64,000 bases of DNA, taken from Planctomycetaceae bacterium (GTDB taxonomy: Bacteria; Planctomycetota; Planctomycetia; Planctomycetales; Planctomycetaceae). Shown piece after piece: positions 31,724-40,756 of the stretch (positions within the stretch are counted from its first letter, which is position 1; each line of letters starts with the position of its first letter). The notes beneath the pieces were generated by a model. It ran no database searches. It worked only from the letters and a program-made list of their open reading frames with translations, and was not told the DNA's origin. The DNA is taken from assembly GCA_041398785.1 (NCBI GenBank), contig JAWKUA010000009.1, forward strand, positions 210,629-274,628, given 5' to 3'. A program made the translations under genes and the position numbers.

Positions 31724-33043
31724 TCATTCTTCAGCGGCTGCGTCAGCGTTCGGGGCGGGTTCCGTGACTTCGACTGCGATGGGTTCCTTTTCAGGATTCT
31801 GGTGATAGGTGGCAAATTCGCTGCCCTGCTCGCGCAGACACACCACTTCGCCGGCGCTGGAAATCAGATAGATGCGATCGGTAACCGCGTTCCGAAACCG
31901 ATGCTCGAAGGAATCCACCGAAACCCAGTGATCCGGGTTGCCGGCATCGGCCGTCGCACGGTCAATGGCCACCAGCCGATTCGTCACATCGACCGCGTAG
32001 ACCCGATCCTTGCTGACCGCGACAACACCGGCCATGCCCGCCACATACCAATCGGCGGTTCGTCCGCCTTCACCCGGCAGTTGGACGGGGCGCCCGGTAT
32101 CGCGATCGATGTCATGCAGACCTCCACCTGTCGTGGTCACAAAGACGTGGTTACCAACCGGCACCGGACGTTCGGTAACGGTGCGGTCCATCGGCAGCGT
32201 CCAACTGACTTCGGAGACCGTCCGGGTTCCCGCGGGACGTTCCAGTTTGATGTCGTACAACAGGTTATTTCCGGTCGCCAGCAGAACGCTGGAACTCTCG
32301 GAATCCCGCACCGTTGCCATCGGCGTTGTGGCGGACTCGTTCAGCATGAGCTGGTAGAGCGATTTTCCTTCGGGATTCAGGATGTGCAGACTTCGGGACT
32401 TCGTGGCAACCAGAACAGATTCTTCCGCAAACACCGGCGGTTCAGCAATGGGCTCCTTGCAGATGAACCGCCAAAGAAAAGGACGGGCGACCTGCGGAGG
32501 CAGCGTGCCGTATCGGTTCAGGTGCAGCAGCGTTCGCAGTTCGTATGCGTAGACGGAACCTTCGGAAAGCGGCACGTACAGGTAGTCGTAACGAACATCG
32601 TCTCGTGCGATCGTACCCACGCCGGAACCGGCGCCCGGGAGATGCGGCAGTCGGTGTTCGATCACCTGGTCGCCGGTGAATTTGTCGTATCCGTAAATCA
32701 CAGGCCCGGCCACGACAAGCACGTACCGGTCGCTGGTCACGGCTGGCTGTGAAGGTTCGTCATTGCGACCGGCCTGAGCTGCCCAGCGCCGGCGACCGTC
32801 TTCCGCATTGAAAACGCTGACGACGCCCGCAGTTGACTGGACGACGATAACATCTTCGTCGCTGGTAACGTATCTGACTTCGTCACGGGACACGTCCAGA
32901 ACCGCCTGACCCTGCCACTTGGTTTCCAGTCCCAGTTGCTGCAACTGATCCGCCGACGGAACCTCAGCGGCAATTGTCCGAGGCTCGCCGATGACGGCAA
33001 TACAACTCAACAGCAGCAGGGTACACCGGCAATGTCTCAGCAT
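31724..33043 (-). CDS. PQQ-like beta-propeller repeat protein (BamB-like fold), secreted
   Basis: Signal peptide MLRHCRCTLLLLSCIAVIGEP from the internal ATG (complement 33041-33043). Repeated ...RVYAVD.../...YLISSAGEVVCL... propeller blades. Confidence 0.65.
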   Translation of the reverse strand: MLRHCRCTLLLLSCIAVIGEPRTIAAEVPSADQLQQLGLETKWQGQAVLDVSRDEVRYVTSDEDVIVVQSTAGVVSVFNAEDGRRRWAAQAGRNDEPSQPAVTSDRYVLVVAGPVIYGYDKFTGDQVIEHRLPHLPGAGSGVGTIARDDVRYDYLYVPLSEGSVYAYELRTLLHLNRYGTLPPQVARPFLWRFICKEPIAEPPVFAEESVLVATKSRSLHILNPEGKSLYQLMLNESATTPMATVRDSESSSVLLATGNNLLYDIKLERPAGTRTVSEVSWTLPMDRTVTERPVPVGNHVFVTTTGGGLHDIDRDTGRPVQLPGEGGRTADWYVAGMAGVVAVSKDRVYAVDVTNRLVAIDRATADAGNPDHWVSVDSFEHRFRNAVTDRIYLISSAGEVVCLREQGSEFATYHQNPEKEPIAVEVTEPAPNADAAAEE

Positions 33044-33487
33044 AATTTGAGCTTTCCGCGACTGACCACGACCGAAACGGCGGATGAACAGGAAACGCAG
33101 GTCCGCCACTTCCGCGGGCCTTCGTTTCAAACCGGACAACATGCTAACAGAGTGCGATTCGAACAGCAGCCATGCCCTCGCACCGCTGCCAGCGCCGGAG
33201 AACCAGCAACATTATCTCAATCTCACATACGGGTCGTTTGAGAGTCTAACCGCCTTCGGAAAGTGAACTCCAGACCAGAACTCTGACATTCCGCGGCGGT
33301 GCCGGAATCCCGCGTGACTGTTCGAATGCTGGCGATTCTGCCTGGCAGGCAGTTCGGGCGGTGATGTGCCTCGCCGAACGCTCCCGTCGACCCCTACGTT
33401 CGTTAAATTCGAATCAGCGCCTGTGGAAACAATGTTCAACAGCGACACAGGGCCGCGCGGGTTCTGATCTGCCGCCGTCATTCCGGA

Positions 33488-34963
33488 TCATTCCCGATCG
33501 AATCCGTCGTCCGGTCGCGCAGACTTGCTGGCCTTCAGTTTTTCTCGGACGACCGGAATCTCGTCGGCGACGTCCCTGGGCGACGGCTGCACCCAGTCGG
33601 GGAAGTGGTATCCCAGCCCGTGTTCACACAGCTTTGCCGTCGTGACGGTTCCGTCTTTGATGTCGAACAGTTCCGGATAGCGTTTCGCCCAGCGGGCGCT
33701 CGGTCCGGGACAATACTGCCGGGCATTTCCTTCGACGGCGGCGACTCCGGGAATATGTGCGGCCAGACTGCACGAATGCAGGAACGAAGCGCCGGGACAC
33801 GTCAGATCCTGCACGCAGAGATACATGCCGAACTTCTGAGCCGCAGCGGCCGCCAGCAGCGATTCCGTCTGACCCTTGCAGGCTTTCAATGCGACTCCCG
33901 AATAACCCAGGTCGCGACAGTCGGTCAGCGCTTCGTAGTCGACCAGCGCTTCATCGATCACGACGGGCTTCAGCTTCGCCACATCGTGCATCCTGATCGC
34001 GGACGCGGCTTTCAGGTCGCGACTGGTTGGCTGTTCGATGTATTGGATCCGTTCAAACGCGGCGGGTGACTTCTTCTGCAATTGCTTCAGAAAATCGACG
34101 ACGTACTGCGCCGAATCACATTTTTCATTGAAATCACAGCTATACGCCCACGACTGGCAGCCCCGAGCGGCCTGAGCCGCCGCGGCCACGCGTTCGACGG
34201 ACAATACGCGGTCCAGATCCCACTTCAGATCATCACCCGCGAGCTTGATTTTCAGATGAGTCAGCCCGTCGGCGGCGATCCATTCACCCAGCGTGACCGG
34301 CAGCCCGTCGTTTGGACGGCTGCTGACGTCAGCATCGGTCAGCGGATCAAGTGCTCCTACCAGATGATACAGCGGCAGCACGGCAGTCGGCTGACGCAGC
34401 GTGTATTGATCCAGATATTCGCCCTTGAACTGGTCATCCAGAAAGTGGCTCAGGTCGACGTTGCAGAATCGTGAAGTCAGCAGGTCAAAGCTGTTGGCCC
34501 GATGAACGCGTCCAAAGGCGTCATGCAGCGCTGCGTCGATCGGACTGGTGGCCACAAGCTGGGCCAGTGGAGGCACCGGTTCGGCGATATCGCAGGCCGA
34601 CGAAACCTTCCGTGCCAGATGATAGAACTCGGCCGCGACGTTGTACTGGATTTCGACCGGATGTCCGTATTCGGGGTAGCTGGCGAACAATTCGCCGCCG
34701 CGTTCGGCATAGGCTTTCACGGCTCGTTCCGTATCCGCGGAATCAACGTCTGTCGCAGGCCAGGCCCAGACGTTTCCCACAGGCATGCTGCCGTATCCGC
34801 TGGCGGAATGGCCGTCGCGAGTCTCCACGGTCACGACGGCGTTGATCAGGCTGGTTTGGTCGACAATGCGTCCGCCGAATTTCAGCGGAGTTCGAAATTC
34901 CACCGGTTCGAACGACACTTCCACATTCAATATGCGAATGTCGGAAGCCTTCACCTTCCCCAT
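33488..34963 (-). CDS. enolase-superfamily protein (mandelate racemase / muconate lactonizing enzyme family)
   Basis: N-terminal capping domain ILNVEVSFEPVEFRTPLKFGG. Barrel residues LKIKLAGDD (K-x-K), CDFNE, YIEQP, CVQDL. Confidence 0.7.
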   Translation of the reverse strand: MGKVKASDIRILNVEVSFEPVEFRTPLKFGGRIVDQTSLINAVVTVETRDGHSASGYGSMPVGNVWAWPATDVDSADTERAVKAYAERGGELFASYPEYGHPVEIQYNVAAEFYHLARKVSSACDIAEPVPPLAQLVATSPIDAALHDAFGRVHRANSFDLLTSRFCNVDLSHFLDDQFKGEYLDQYTLRQPTAVLPLYHLVGALDPLTDADVSSRPNDGLPVTLGEWIAADGLTHLKIKLAGDDLKWDLDRVLSVERVAAAAQAARGCQSWAYSCDFNEKCDSAQYVVDFLKQLQKKSPAAFERIQYIEQPTSRDLKAASAIRMHDVAKLKPVVIDEALVDYEALTDCRDLGYSGVALKACKGQTESLLAAAAAQKFGMYLCVQDLTCPGASFLHSCSLAAHIPGVAAVEGNARQYCPGPSARWAKRYPELFDIKDGTVTTAKLCEHGLGYHFPDWVQPSPRDVADEIPVVREKLKASKSARPDDGFDRE

Positions 34964-35154
34964 CTGTCCGGGTCCTCAAACGTCTCGAAGTAGAAACTCG
35001 AAGTGATCCAGGCCGCGGTCGCTGACTTGCATAATTCTTCACTCCGCAGGCCGACATCCTGTCATTCAAAGGTCATTCAAACCCGCTCACAGCCTCGTCA
35101 TGAACCAGCGATGTTCGTCAATTCGCAGTACCTGAATTCACCGAACGCCGCAGG

Positions 35155-36561
35155 TTACGACGGATCGTATGATAGATTCCGCCACGGTACTGAGGCCCGC
35201 CGCAAACTGAGAATATTATCGGTTTGGGAAATTTCTGGAAGCTCTTCGAATCGCCGGAACTGCTCCCCGATACGGAAATTCTGATTCCCGCAGACGTCGC
35301 GAAGCAACGGTTCAAACGTCGCGGCGTTCGGCAGATCTGACTGATTGCCGAAGGCCATCGGCAGCTTCTGTGCGTAGACGGACACGAACGGCGCCCCGGC
35401 AGGAACCGTCGACGGGGCCGGAATGTCCGCCAGCCAGACTCGCAGCAATGCGTCGTCGGTGGCGTCGCCATCCGTCGGTTCCAGCCGAATCGTCTGAGCC
35501 AGTCCCCGCGGAGGTCTGGTCAGGGCGAGCATTTGATTCGATCGTTCAGCCGTCACAACAACGTCCCGCGCGGCGTACAGGACCATTCTGCAGATTGCTC
35601 CCCCGGACCAAACTCTGCCGACCGACGCCTGTGCCGTCTTGTGGTCGTCGTGCTTCGGAGGCAACAGGTCGAACGCCCGCAACTGAGCGTCGATCGTGTT
35701 CCAGTCCGGCGACCGACAGAATTCCGGAATCTCGTGCGACGCCGTGATGCGGGGATTCACTTCGATAAAAAATGCGCGGCTGTTTCGCACGACAAAGTCC
35801 ACGCCGAAACAACCCTGAACCGCAAACGATTTCGCAATTTCGTCGCCGCACCGCATGATCTGAACGTGCAGGTCATCATCGGGATTCAGCGGACCAAAGT
35901 TCCCGCAGAATTGAAAGCCCGTCGCGCCAAAGGCAGATTCGCCCGCCAGTTGCAGGCACGTCCCGACCAGACTTGTTCCCGCGTCGGTCGCCCAAAACAT
36001 CGCCGATATCGGAATCCCTTCGACGAACTGCTGAAGATAACAGTCGCTGGTCCCGGTCGGCCGCTTCCGGTTTGGTTGCGGCGAATCGCCGAGTCGCCGG
36101 ATTCCGATTCCGCCGGCGCCGCGCAGAGGCTTGATGAGCCATTCATCGGCCTGCAGTCCGGCGCCAAATTCTCCGGCCGTGCGGACCGCGGGAACATCGC
36201 AACCGGCTTCTGTCAGCACGCGGCACAATTCCAGCGGATTCCGAACGCGACGCAGACTTTCCGCGTCAGGGCCGGCGACAGGACGAGCAGCAGCGATTTC
36301 CGCAAGCAGGTCCGGGTGATTCTCCAGTCCGCCGCTCCAGATCATCGGTAACCGACGGTCGAACCCGGTCAACACGCGAGGCAGGTCGGCAAAGTCGTCG
36401 ATCCGGCAGTGCCGCAGCCGAAATCCCTGATCGGTTCCGGCCGCGGGAAGATCAGCGTCTCCAAACAGATCAACACAGACCGGGTCGAAGCCGGCTGCCA
36501 GCGCGGATTCCGCAAGACTGCGAACACTGGCACCTGCCAGGATGATGCTAGCCATCGGCAC
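35155..36561 (-). CDS. ATP-grasp domain protein (H4MPT-pathway associated ATP-grasp-like)
   Basis: WLIKPLRGAGGIGIRRL and FFIEVNPRITAS ATP-grasp motifs. Divergently transcribed from fae. Confidence 0.65.
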   Translation of the reverse strand: MPMASIILAGASVRSLAESALAAGFDPVCVDLFGDADLPAAGTDQGFRLRHCRIDDFADLPRVLTGFDRRLPMIWSGGLENHPDLLAEIAAARPVAGPDAESLRRVRNPLELCRVLTEAGCDVPAVRTAGEFGAGLQADEWLIKPLRGAGGIGIRRLGDSPQPNRKRPTGTSDCYLQQFVEGIPISAMFWATDAGTSLVGTCLQLAGESAFGATGFQFCGNFGPLNPDDDLHVQIMRCGDEIAKSFAVQGCFGVDFVVRNSRAFFIEVNPRITASHEIPEFCRSPDWNTIDAQLRAFDLLPPKHDDHKTAQASVGRVWSGGAICRMVLYAARDVVVTAERSNQMLALTRPPRGLAQTIRLEPTDGDATDDALLRVWLADIPAPSTVPAGAPFVSVYAQKLPMAFGNQSDLPNAATFEPLLRDVCGNQNFRIGEQFRRFEELPEISQTDNILSLRRASVPWRNLSYDPS

Positions 36562-36894
36562 CGACCCGCTTCCCGCCAGCGCGACGTTGACGGGCGATAC
36601 TGCCGCCGCACCACCGAACTCGTGAGCTGCCCTGCCGGCTCCGTGCCCGAACTCCGGGAACGCCGATCCGGATTGTGGAAGGAATCCGTGTCGTGGTCAG
36701 TCGGTCGGTTGAACAGCAGAGCGAAAATCGCGATCCTCTGCGGTCTTCGACAGCGATGCACCGGGCCGAATTCCGGCCGGACGGCATTCCTGTTTGTTCA
36801 CGGGCAACTGTCATCACGGCGCTCGCCCGATTCACGGCCATGTCAGCGGACACTCTGCCGCGCGACCGAACTGTCTTTTCTGAAGGAAACTCGA

Positions 36895-37392
36895 ATGTCC
36901 ATGTACGTTGGTGAATCTCTCGTCGGCGAAGGTAATGAAGTCGCGCACATCGATCTGCTGATCGGCGACAAGAATGGTCCTGTGGGTCATGCATTTGCAA
37001 ATGCTCTCGCCGGGCAGAAAATGGGGCACAGCAATCTGCTGGCCGTGATGGAACCAAACGTCGCCGTCAAACCGTCCACGGTGATGATCACCAAGGTCAC
37101 GATCAAAGGCGCACGACAGGCCGTTCAGATGTTCGGCCCCGCGCAGAAAGCCGTGGCGGACGCCGTTTCCGATTGCGTGAAGTCCGGTGTCATCCCGAAG
37201 GACCAGTGCGACAATCTGTGCATCGTCTGCGGTGTGTTCATTCACTGGCAGGCTGAAGATGACAAGAAAATCTACGAATACAACTACCAGGCCACGAAGG
37301 AGTCGATTGAACGAGCGATGAAGAACGAGCCATCGGCGGATCAGATGCTCGCCAAGCGAGACACCGCAGCGCATCCGTTCTATCAGGGCTGA
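36895..37392 (+). CDS. fae: formaldehyde-activating enzyme (5,6,7,8-tetrahydromethanopterin hydro-lyase)
   Basis: [55 protein letters not shown]...[19 protein letters not shown]...[30 protein letters not shown]...AHPF. Near-colinear with methylotroph Fae ([23 protein letters not shown]...[12 protein letters not shown]...GVFIHWEA). Internal ATG of ORF 36409..37392. Confidence 0.9.
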   Translation: [165 protein letters not shown]

Positions 37393-37421
37393 CCAGCCTG
37401 AGTTCGCAAGTGTCTTCCCGA

Positions 37422-37460
37422 AGCCCGGCCGATCACCGAATCGCCGGGCTCTTTTTTTTT
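37422..37460 (+). terminator. Rho-independent terminator after fae
   Basis: gcccggccgatcaccgaatcgccgggc hairpin followed by T9 (ctcttttttttt). Confidence 0.8.
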
Positions 37461-37472
37461 GAAGGCGGCTGA

Positions 37473-38165
37473 ATGACGATTCCCCGAGTCACCGAACCGG
37501 AAGTCATGGACACCGCGGAGGAAGCCGCAGCCTATGATTCGATGGACCATGCCGCGGTGAACCAGTGTTTCGTGGATGACTTCCTGAAATTCCTGCAGCA
37601 TCGCGCTCCCGCACTTCGCAAGACGTCGCCGACCGTTCTGGATCTTGGAACCGGCACCGCTCTGATCCCGATTCAGCTGCGGCGCGACTGGCCGGACTGC
37701 GGTCCGATCGCTGCCTGCGATCTTTCGACGGAAATGCTGAAGCTGGCCCAGCGCAATATTGAGTCAGCGAACAGCTCCGGGCAAGTTCTGCCGCTGTTCT
37801 TCGACGCCAAGCAGATGCCCGTCCGTGATCATTCGTGCGACGTCGTGATCTCCAACAGCATCGTTCACCACATCCCGGAACCGGCTCTGGTCTTCCGCGA
37901 AATTGCCCGCGTTGCCAAAGGCGGCGCGGCCATCTTTATTCGCGACCTGATGAGGCCGGAAACTTCGTCCGCCGTCGACCATCTGGTGGCGACTCATGCC
38001 GGCAGCGAAAACGCATTTCAGCAGCGCATGTTTCGCGAATCACTTCACGCGGCACTGACGGTCGACGAGGTTCGGGAGCTTCTGGCTGGTGCGGGTTTCA
38101 ACTCCGCGTGGGTCTGTGCCACAACCGACCGCCACTGGACGATCTCCGGAATCGTCGAATCCTAA
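37473..38165 (+). CDS. class I SAM-dependent methyltransferase
   Basis: VLDLGTGTALIP (motif I), ...CDVVISNSIVHHIPEP..., GGAAIFIRDL. Confidence 0.8.
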   Translation: MTIPRVTEPEVMDTAEEAAAYDSMDHAAVNQCFVDDFLKFLQHRAPALRKTSPTVLDLGTGTALIPIQLRRDWPDCGPIAACDLSTEMLKLAQRNIESANSSGQVLPLFFDAKQMPVRDHSCDVVISNSIVHHIPEPALVFREIARVAKGGAAIFIRDLMRPETSSAVDHLVATHAGSENAFQQRMFRESLHAALTVDEVRELLAGAGFNSAWVCATTDRHWTISGIVES

Positions 38166-38172
38166 AGACCGG

Positions 38173-38826
38173 TCAGACGTACATGTGAATTTCCAGCACC
38201 CCGTCGCAGAAGTTGCAGGCGACCGGTCGTGACACATACTTCCGGGCACATCGCAGCTCACGATGGCAATGTGGACAGTCCAGAAACAGATACGCAGCGG
38301 ACTGCAGTTCCTCAGCGGTCACATGAAAGTCGCGGTGACAGTCACCGCACTTAACCTCGTGTCCCAGTTGATGCTTGCTGATCCTCTGTTCGCACGAACA
38401 TTTCGGACACGGAACAAAATATCCCTCCACGGCCGCGCGCTTCGCGCCGTCAGCATTCTCTGCCGTCGACACCGACGACGGCTCAGCGGCCGGAGGAAGC
38501 TGGATTTCGTTGACGTGAATCAGCGTGTTCAGCTTCGTGACCTGCATGATCTCCACGACCTCCTCGGGAGCGTTCACGAGATGCAGATCGGCTCCGCCTC
38601 GTTTCACCAGAGTCAGCACGCCCAGCACGGCGCTTGGCAGGTACTTTGTTTTCAGCAGATCGATGATCAGCACGCGACAGTCATTGTCGAACAGGAACTG
38701 GTTCAGTTCGGCTCGCAGTTCGTCCGTCCGATCCGCCGCTTCAACAATCGACGAATCAAACTCGATGACGCTGCGCTGGCCTGCCTCGCGAATTCGAAAG
38801 AACGGATTCTGCCGCGATTCGTCCAT
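38173..38826 (-). CDS. STAS-domain protein with C-terminal Cys-rich (double CxxC) zinc-ribbon-like region
   Basis: Start at MDESRQNPFFRIREAGQRSVIEFDSSIV... (ATG complement 38824-38826, GGAG 10 nt upstream; ORF track extends to 38991). Anti-sigma-antagonist-like fold. CPKCSC...CGDCHRDFH...CPHCHREL...CNFCDG. Confidence 0.6.
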   Translation of the reverse strand: MDESRQNPFFRIREAGQRSVIEFDSSIVEAADRTDELRAELNQFLFDNDCRVLIIDLLKTKYLPSAVLGVLTLVKRGGADLHLVNAPEEVVEIMQVTKLNTLIHVNEIQLPPAAEPSSVSTAENADGAKRAAVEGYFVPCPKCSCEQRISKHQLGHEVKCGDCHRDFHVTAEELQSAAYLFLDCPHCHRELRCARKYVSRPVACNFCDGVLEIHMYV

Positions 38827-39261
38827 GGTCACATTCACTCCGGGACAACGGTATCTGGCACTGCACGACTGCCGTAAATTACCGAACAGAACTACCGGCC
38901 GCCTCCGGAAGACCGGCCGGTGATTCGGTTTTCTGCTTTTCCAGAAATTGCGCGAACTCCCGGCAATCCGCCGCGTCCTATCCACGGACACCGCGTTTCA
39001 GCCGTCGGCCCGGAACGCGTGCCGTCAAGAATCATTGTCAACAGCGAAAGCCATAGGTCGTGCATTCCCGGACCCGAAATCCCAAAAACCGCCACGGCAA
39101 CTTCGACACCATGCGAAACGAAGGGCATTCCTTCGATCACATCGGTCGCCGGGGCGACCGGATTGCGCGATCGGGTGAGTCTGCCCGCTGGCCGCAGTTC
39201 GGCGGCCTGATACAGAACCACGACTTTTGACTTCCGGCATTCACTGCCACGGCAGCGCCAC

Positions 39262-39292
39262 GCCCGGAGTCACCAATACTCCGGGCTTTTTT
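39262..39292 (+). terminator. strong Rho-independent terminator immediately upstream of the tRNA array
   Basis: cccggagt-caccaat-actccggg (perfect 8-bp stem) followed by cttttttt. Confidence 0.8.
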
Positions 39293-39312
39293 TGTGCGCG
39301 GACAGAATCGCA

Positions 39313-39384
39313 CGGGTCGGTAGCTGAGACGGTTTAGCGGCGGTCTGAAGAACCGCAGACGAGGATTCGAGCGCCTCTCGACCC
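39313..39384 (+). tRNA. tRNA-Phe(GAA)-like
   Basis: Hand fold. Acceptor GGGTCGG/TCGACCC. Anticodon stem GCGGT/ACCGC with loop CTGAAGA. 3-bp D stem. T arm GAGGA-TTCGAGC-GCCTC has a 53-61 A-G mismatch. No CCA encoded. Confidence 0.5.
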
Positions 39385-39451
39385 ACTTTCCGCATGTCCA
39401 TTTCCCCAACGGGTGAGAACGTGCCCAAAGGGTGGATGAAGGGGCACAACA

Positions 39452-39520
39452 TCGCCGACGGTCAAGTGACCAGTGAAGCCTCATAAGCTTCGACAGTCAG
39501 GTGCAAGTCCTGAGTCGGCC
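39452..39520 (+). pseudogene. tRNA-Met(CAT)-like unit with truncated D arm
   Basis: Anticodon arm GAAGC-CTCATAA-GCTTC. T arm TCAGG-TGCAAGT-CCTGA (G at position 55). D arm reduced to GGTC-AAGT-GACC. Acceptor 6/7. Confidence 0.35.
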
Positions 39521-39541
39521 ATTTTCGACAACGAGATCTCA

Positions 39542-39614
39542 AGGGCGCGGTCGTCTACAGGAAGGACACACGGGCTTTCACCTCGTGGACGCCGGTTCGA
39601 ATCCAGTTCGCGTC
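39542..39614 (+). pseudogene. tRNA-Glu(TTC)-like unit with poorly pairing acceptor stem
   Basis: Anticodon arm ACGGG-CTTTCAC-CTCGT. T arm GCCGG-TTCGAAT-CCAGT (one mismatch). No good 7-bp acceptor pairing found by eye. Confidence 0.3.
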
Positions 39615-39639
39615 ACTCATTCTGTTCATCAACTCATGA

Positions 39640-39712
39640 TGGCCTGTTAGTGAAATTGGATATCACGAGACGCTTCGAACGTCTTATTCCAGGTTCGAAT
39701 CCTGGGCGGGCT
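39640..39712 (+). tRNA. tRNA-Arg(TCG)
   Basis: Acceptor GGCCTGT/GCGGGCT (3 G-U). D GTGA/TCAC. Anticodon AGACG-CTTCGAA-CGTCT. T CCAGG-TTCGAAT-CCTGG. Confidence 0.55.
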
Positions 39713-39845
39713 GCTCAGTGCAACCACGATTTACTATTCCCAGTTCCCTGTTGACTACCTCCACACCGATGTGCTCCTGGGAGAGCAGCGAGCTTCCAAA
39801 CCTCGCGGAAGGCGTTCGAATCGTCTCGTCGCTGCTTCTCAACGA

Positions 39846-39916
39846 CAGCCCGGTCGTTCAACGGAAGGACGTCGCTCTGATAAGGCGGAAACGAAGGTTC
39901 GACTCCTTCCCGGGCT
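39846..39916 (+). tRNA. tRNA-Ile(GAT)
   Basis: Acceptor AGCCCGG/CCGGGCT. Anticodon TCGCT-CTGATAA-GGCGG (2 G-U). T GAAGG-TTCGACT-CCTTC. 3-bp D stem. Confidence 0.55.
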
Positions 39917-39989
39917 ATTCAATGACATTGACGGAAACAACTCCAATGCCCACACGACTCAAACGCACGGCCCCTCGAATACCAATTCA

Positions 39990-40061
39990 CGGGCTTGTGG
40001 CAGACAGGAATGCACCCGGCTTTTAACCGGCGCATATGAGAGTTCGAATCTCTCCGGGCCC
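39990..40061 (+). tRNA. tRNA-Lys(TTT)
   Basis: Acceptor GGGCTTG/CGGGCCC. Anticodon CCCGG-CTTTTAA-CCGGC (27-43 mismatch). T GAGAG-TTCGAAT-CTCTC. Paralog of the CTT unit. Confidence 0.6.
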
Positions 40062-40070
40062 ACTGACTTT

Positions 40071-40142
40071 CGGGAAGTGTTGTCGATGGTTCGACAGCCG
40101 TTCTTATAAAGCGGTCCACGAGGTTCGATTCCGCGGCTTCCC
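40071..40142 (+). tRNA. tRNA-Ile(TAT)-like (anticodon UAU)
   Basis: Acceptor GGGAAGT/GCTTCCC. D TGTC/GACA. Anticodon CCGTT-CTTATAA-AGCGG. T CGAGG-TTCGATT-CCGCG (one A-G). Confidence 0.5.
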
Positions 40143-40167
40143 ATCTTGCATGAAGACAAACTCATCA

Positions 40168-40239
40168 ACCGTCGATGGCAGAGCGGCGATGCACCCGGCT
40201 CTTAACCGGACCAACGGGGGTTCGAATCCCTCTCGGCGG
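40168..40239 (+). tRNA. tRNA-Lys(CTT)
   Basis: Acceptor CCGTCGA/TCGGCGG. Anticodon CCCGG-CTCTTAA-CCGGA. T GGGGG-TTCGAAT-CCCTC. Confidence 0.6.
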
Positions 40240-40255
40240 ATTTGGAAATCAGTTT

Positions 40256-40326
40256 TGGCACTGTCGTCTAACGGCAAGATTCCTGTTTTGTACTCAGGAG
40301 ATGCGGGTTCAATTCCTGTCGGTGCC
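40256..40326 (+). tRNA. tRNA-Thr(TGT)
   Basis: Acceptor GGCACTG/CGGTGCC. D GTCT/AGAT. Anticodon CCTGT-TTTGTAC-TCAGG (31-39 T-T). T GCGGG-TTCAATT-CCTGT. Confidence 0.5.
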
Positions 40327-40357
40327 TCTTTGTGAATTCAACAGAGCGATGACATTT

Positions 40358-40428
40358 CGCAGCCGTCGTTCAATGGCAGGACGTCACGTTGCCAACGTGA
40401 GGACGCCGGTTCGATTCCGGTCGGCTGC
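40358..40428 (+). tRNA. tRNA-Gly(GCC)
   Basis: Acceptor GCAGCCG/CGGCTGC. D CGTT/GACG. Anticodon TCACG-TTGCCAA-CGTGA. T GCCGG-TTCGATT-CCGGT. Confidence 0.6.
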
Positions 40429-40448
40429 ATTTGGATGTTTTGAAATTC

Positions 40449-40529
40449 CGGCGTTGCTTCAGAGTGGGATCTGAACGCGGCTGTAACCCGCGTGCCATCC
40501 GGATAAGCGGTTCGATTCCGTACAGCGCC
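40449..40529 (+). tRNA. tRNA-Tyr(GTA), class II long variable arm
   Basis: Acceptor GGCGTTG/CAGCGCC. D TCAG/CTGA. Anticodon CGCGG-CTGTAAC-CCGCG. About 13-nt variable arm. T AGCGG-TTCGATT-CCGTA. Confidence 0.6.
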
Positions 40530-40534
40530 ACTTT

Positions 40535-40576
40535 GTAGATCTGAAATCTGAAATCTCAAATTTGAAATCTCAAATC
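40535..40576. repeat. heptanucleotide tandem repeat (AAATCTG/AAATCTC)n inside the tRNA array
   Basis: agatctgaaatctgaaatctcaaatttgaaatctcaaatcc. Same core family as the repeat at 23151. Confidence 0.8.
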
Positions 40577-40581
40577 CATCA

Positions 40582-40656
40582 TTCCGGTGGAGTCTGTGCT
40601 GGTACAGGCAGGCGGCTGTTAACCGTTGTGTCGCAGGTTCGATTCCTGCCGCCGGA
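40582..40656 (+). tRNA. tRNA-Asn(GTT)
   Basis: Acceptor TCCGGTG/CGCCGGA. Anticodon GGCGG-CTGTTAA-CCGTT. T GCAGG-TTCGATT-CCTGC. Confidence 0.6.
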
Positions 40657-40667
40657 GCTTTTAAGTC

Positions 40668-40748
40668 AGGAGGTCATCCGAATGGTGAGGAAGCGGTTTC
40701 GAAAACCGCCGCGGCTTGTCCGTTGAGGGTTCAAGTCCCTCGGCCTCC
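40668..40748 (+). tRNA. tRNA-Ser(CGA), class II
   Basis: Acceptor GGAGGTC/GGCCTCC. Anticodon GCGGT-TTCGAAA-ACCGC. Long variable arm CGCGGCTTGTCCGTT. T GAGGG-TTCAAGT-CCCTC. Confidence 0.65.
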
Positions 40749-40756
40749 GCTCGTTA

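Noticed and set aside
31631-32752. 373-aa + ORF
   Set aside because: Antisense to the PQQ-like beta-propeller gene.
35533-36351. 272-aa + ORF
   Set aside because: Antisense to the ATP-grasp gene.
38992-39300. RNase P RNA
   Set aside because: Only partial look-alikes of the P4 strands (GAAAGCC-ATAGG, ACAGAACC). GGGCA/GGUAA elements are missing and the region is too short for a type A RNA.
39745-39835. Additional tRNA unit between Arg(TCG) and Ile(GAT)
   Set aside because: It has a T-arm-like AGGCG-TTCGAAT-CGTCT and an anticodon-like hairpin with a 9-nt loop, but no acceptor or D arm can be paired. Treated as a tRNA remnant, not a gene.
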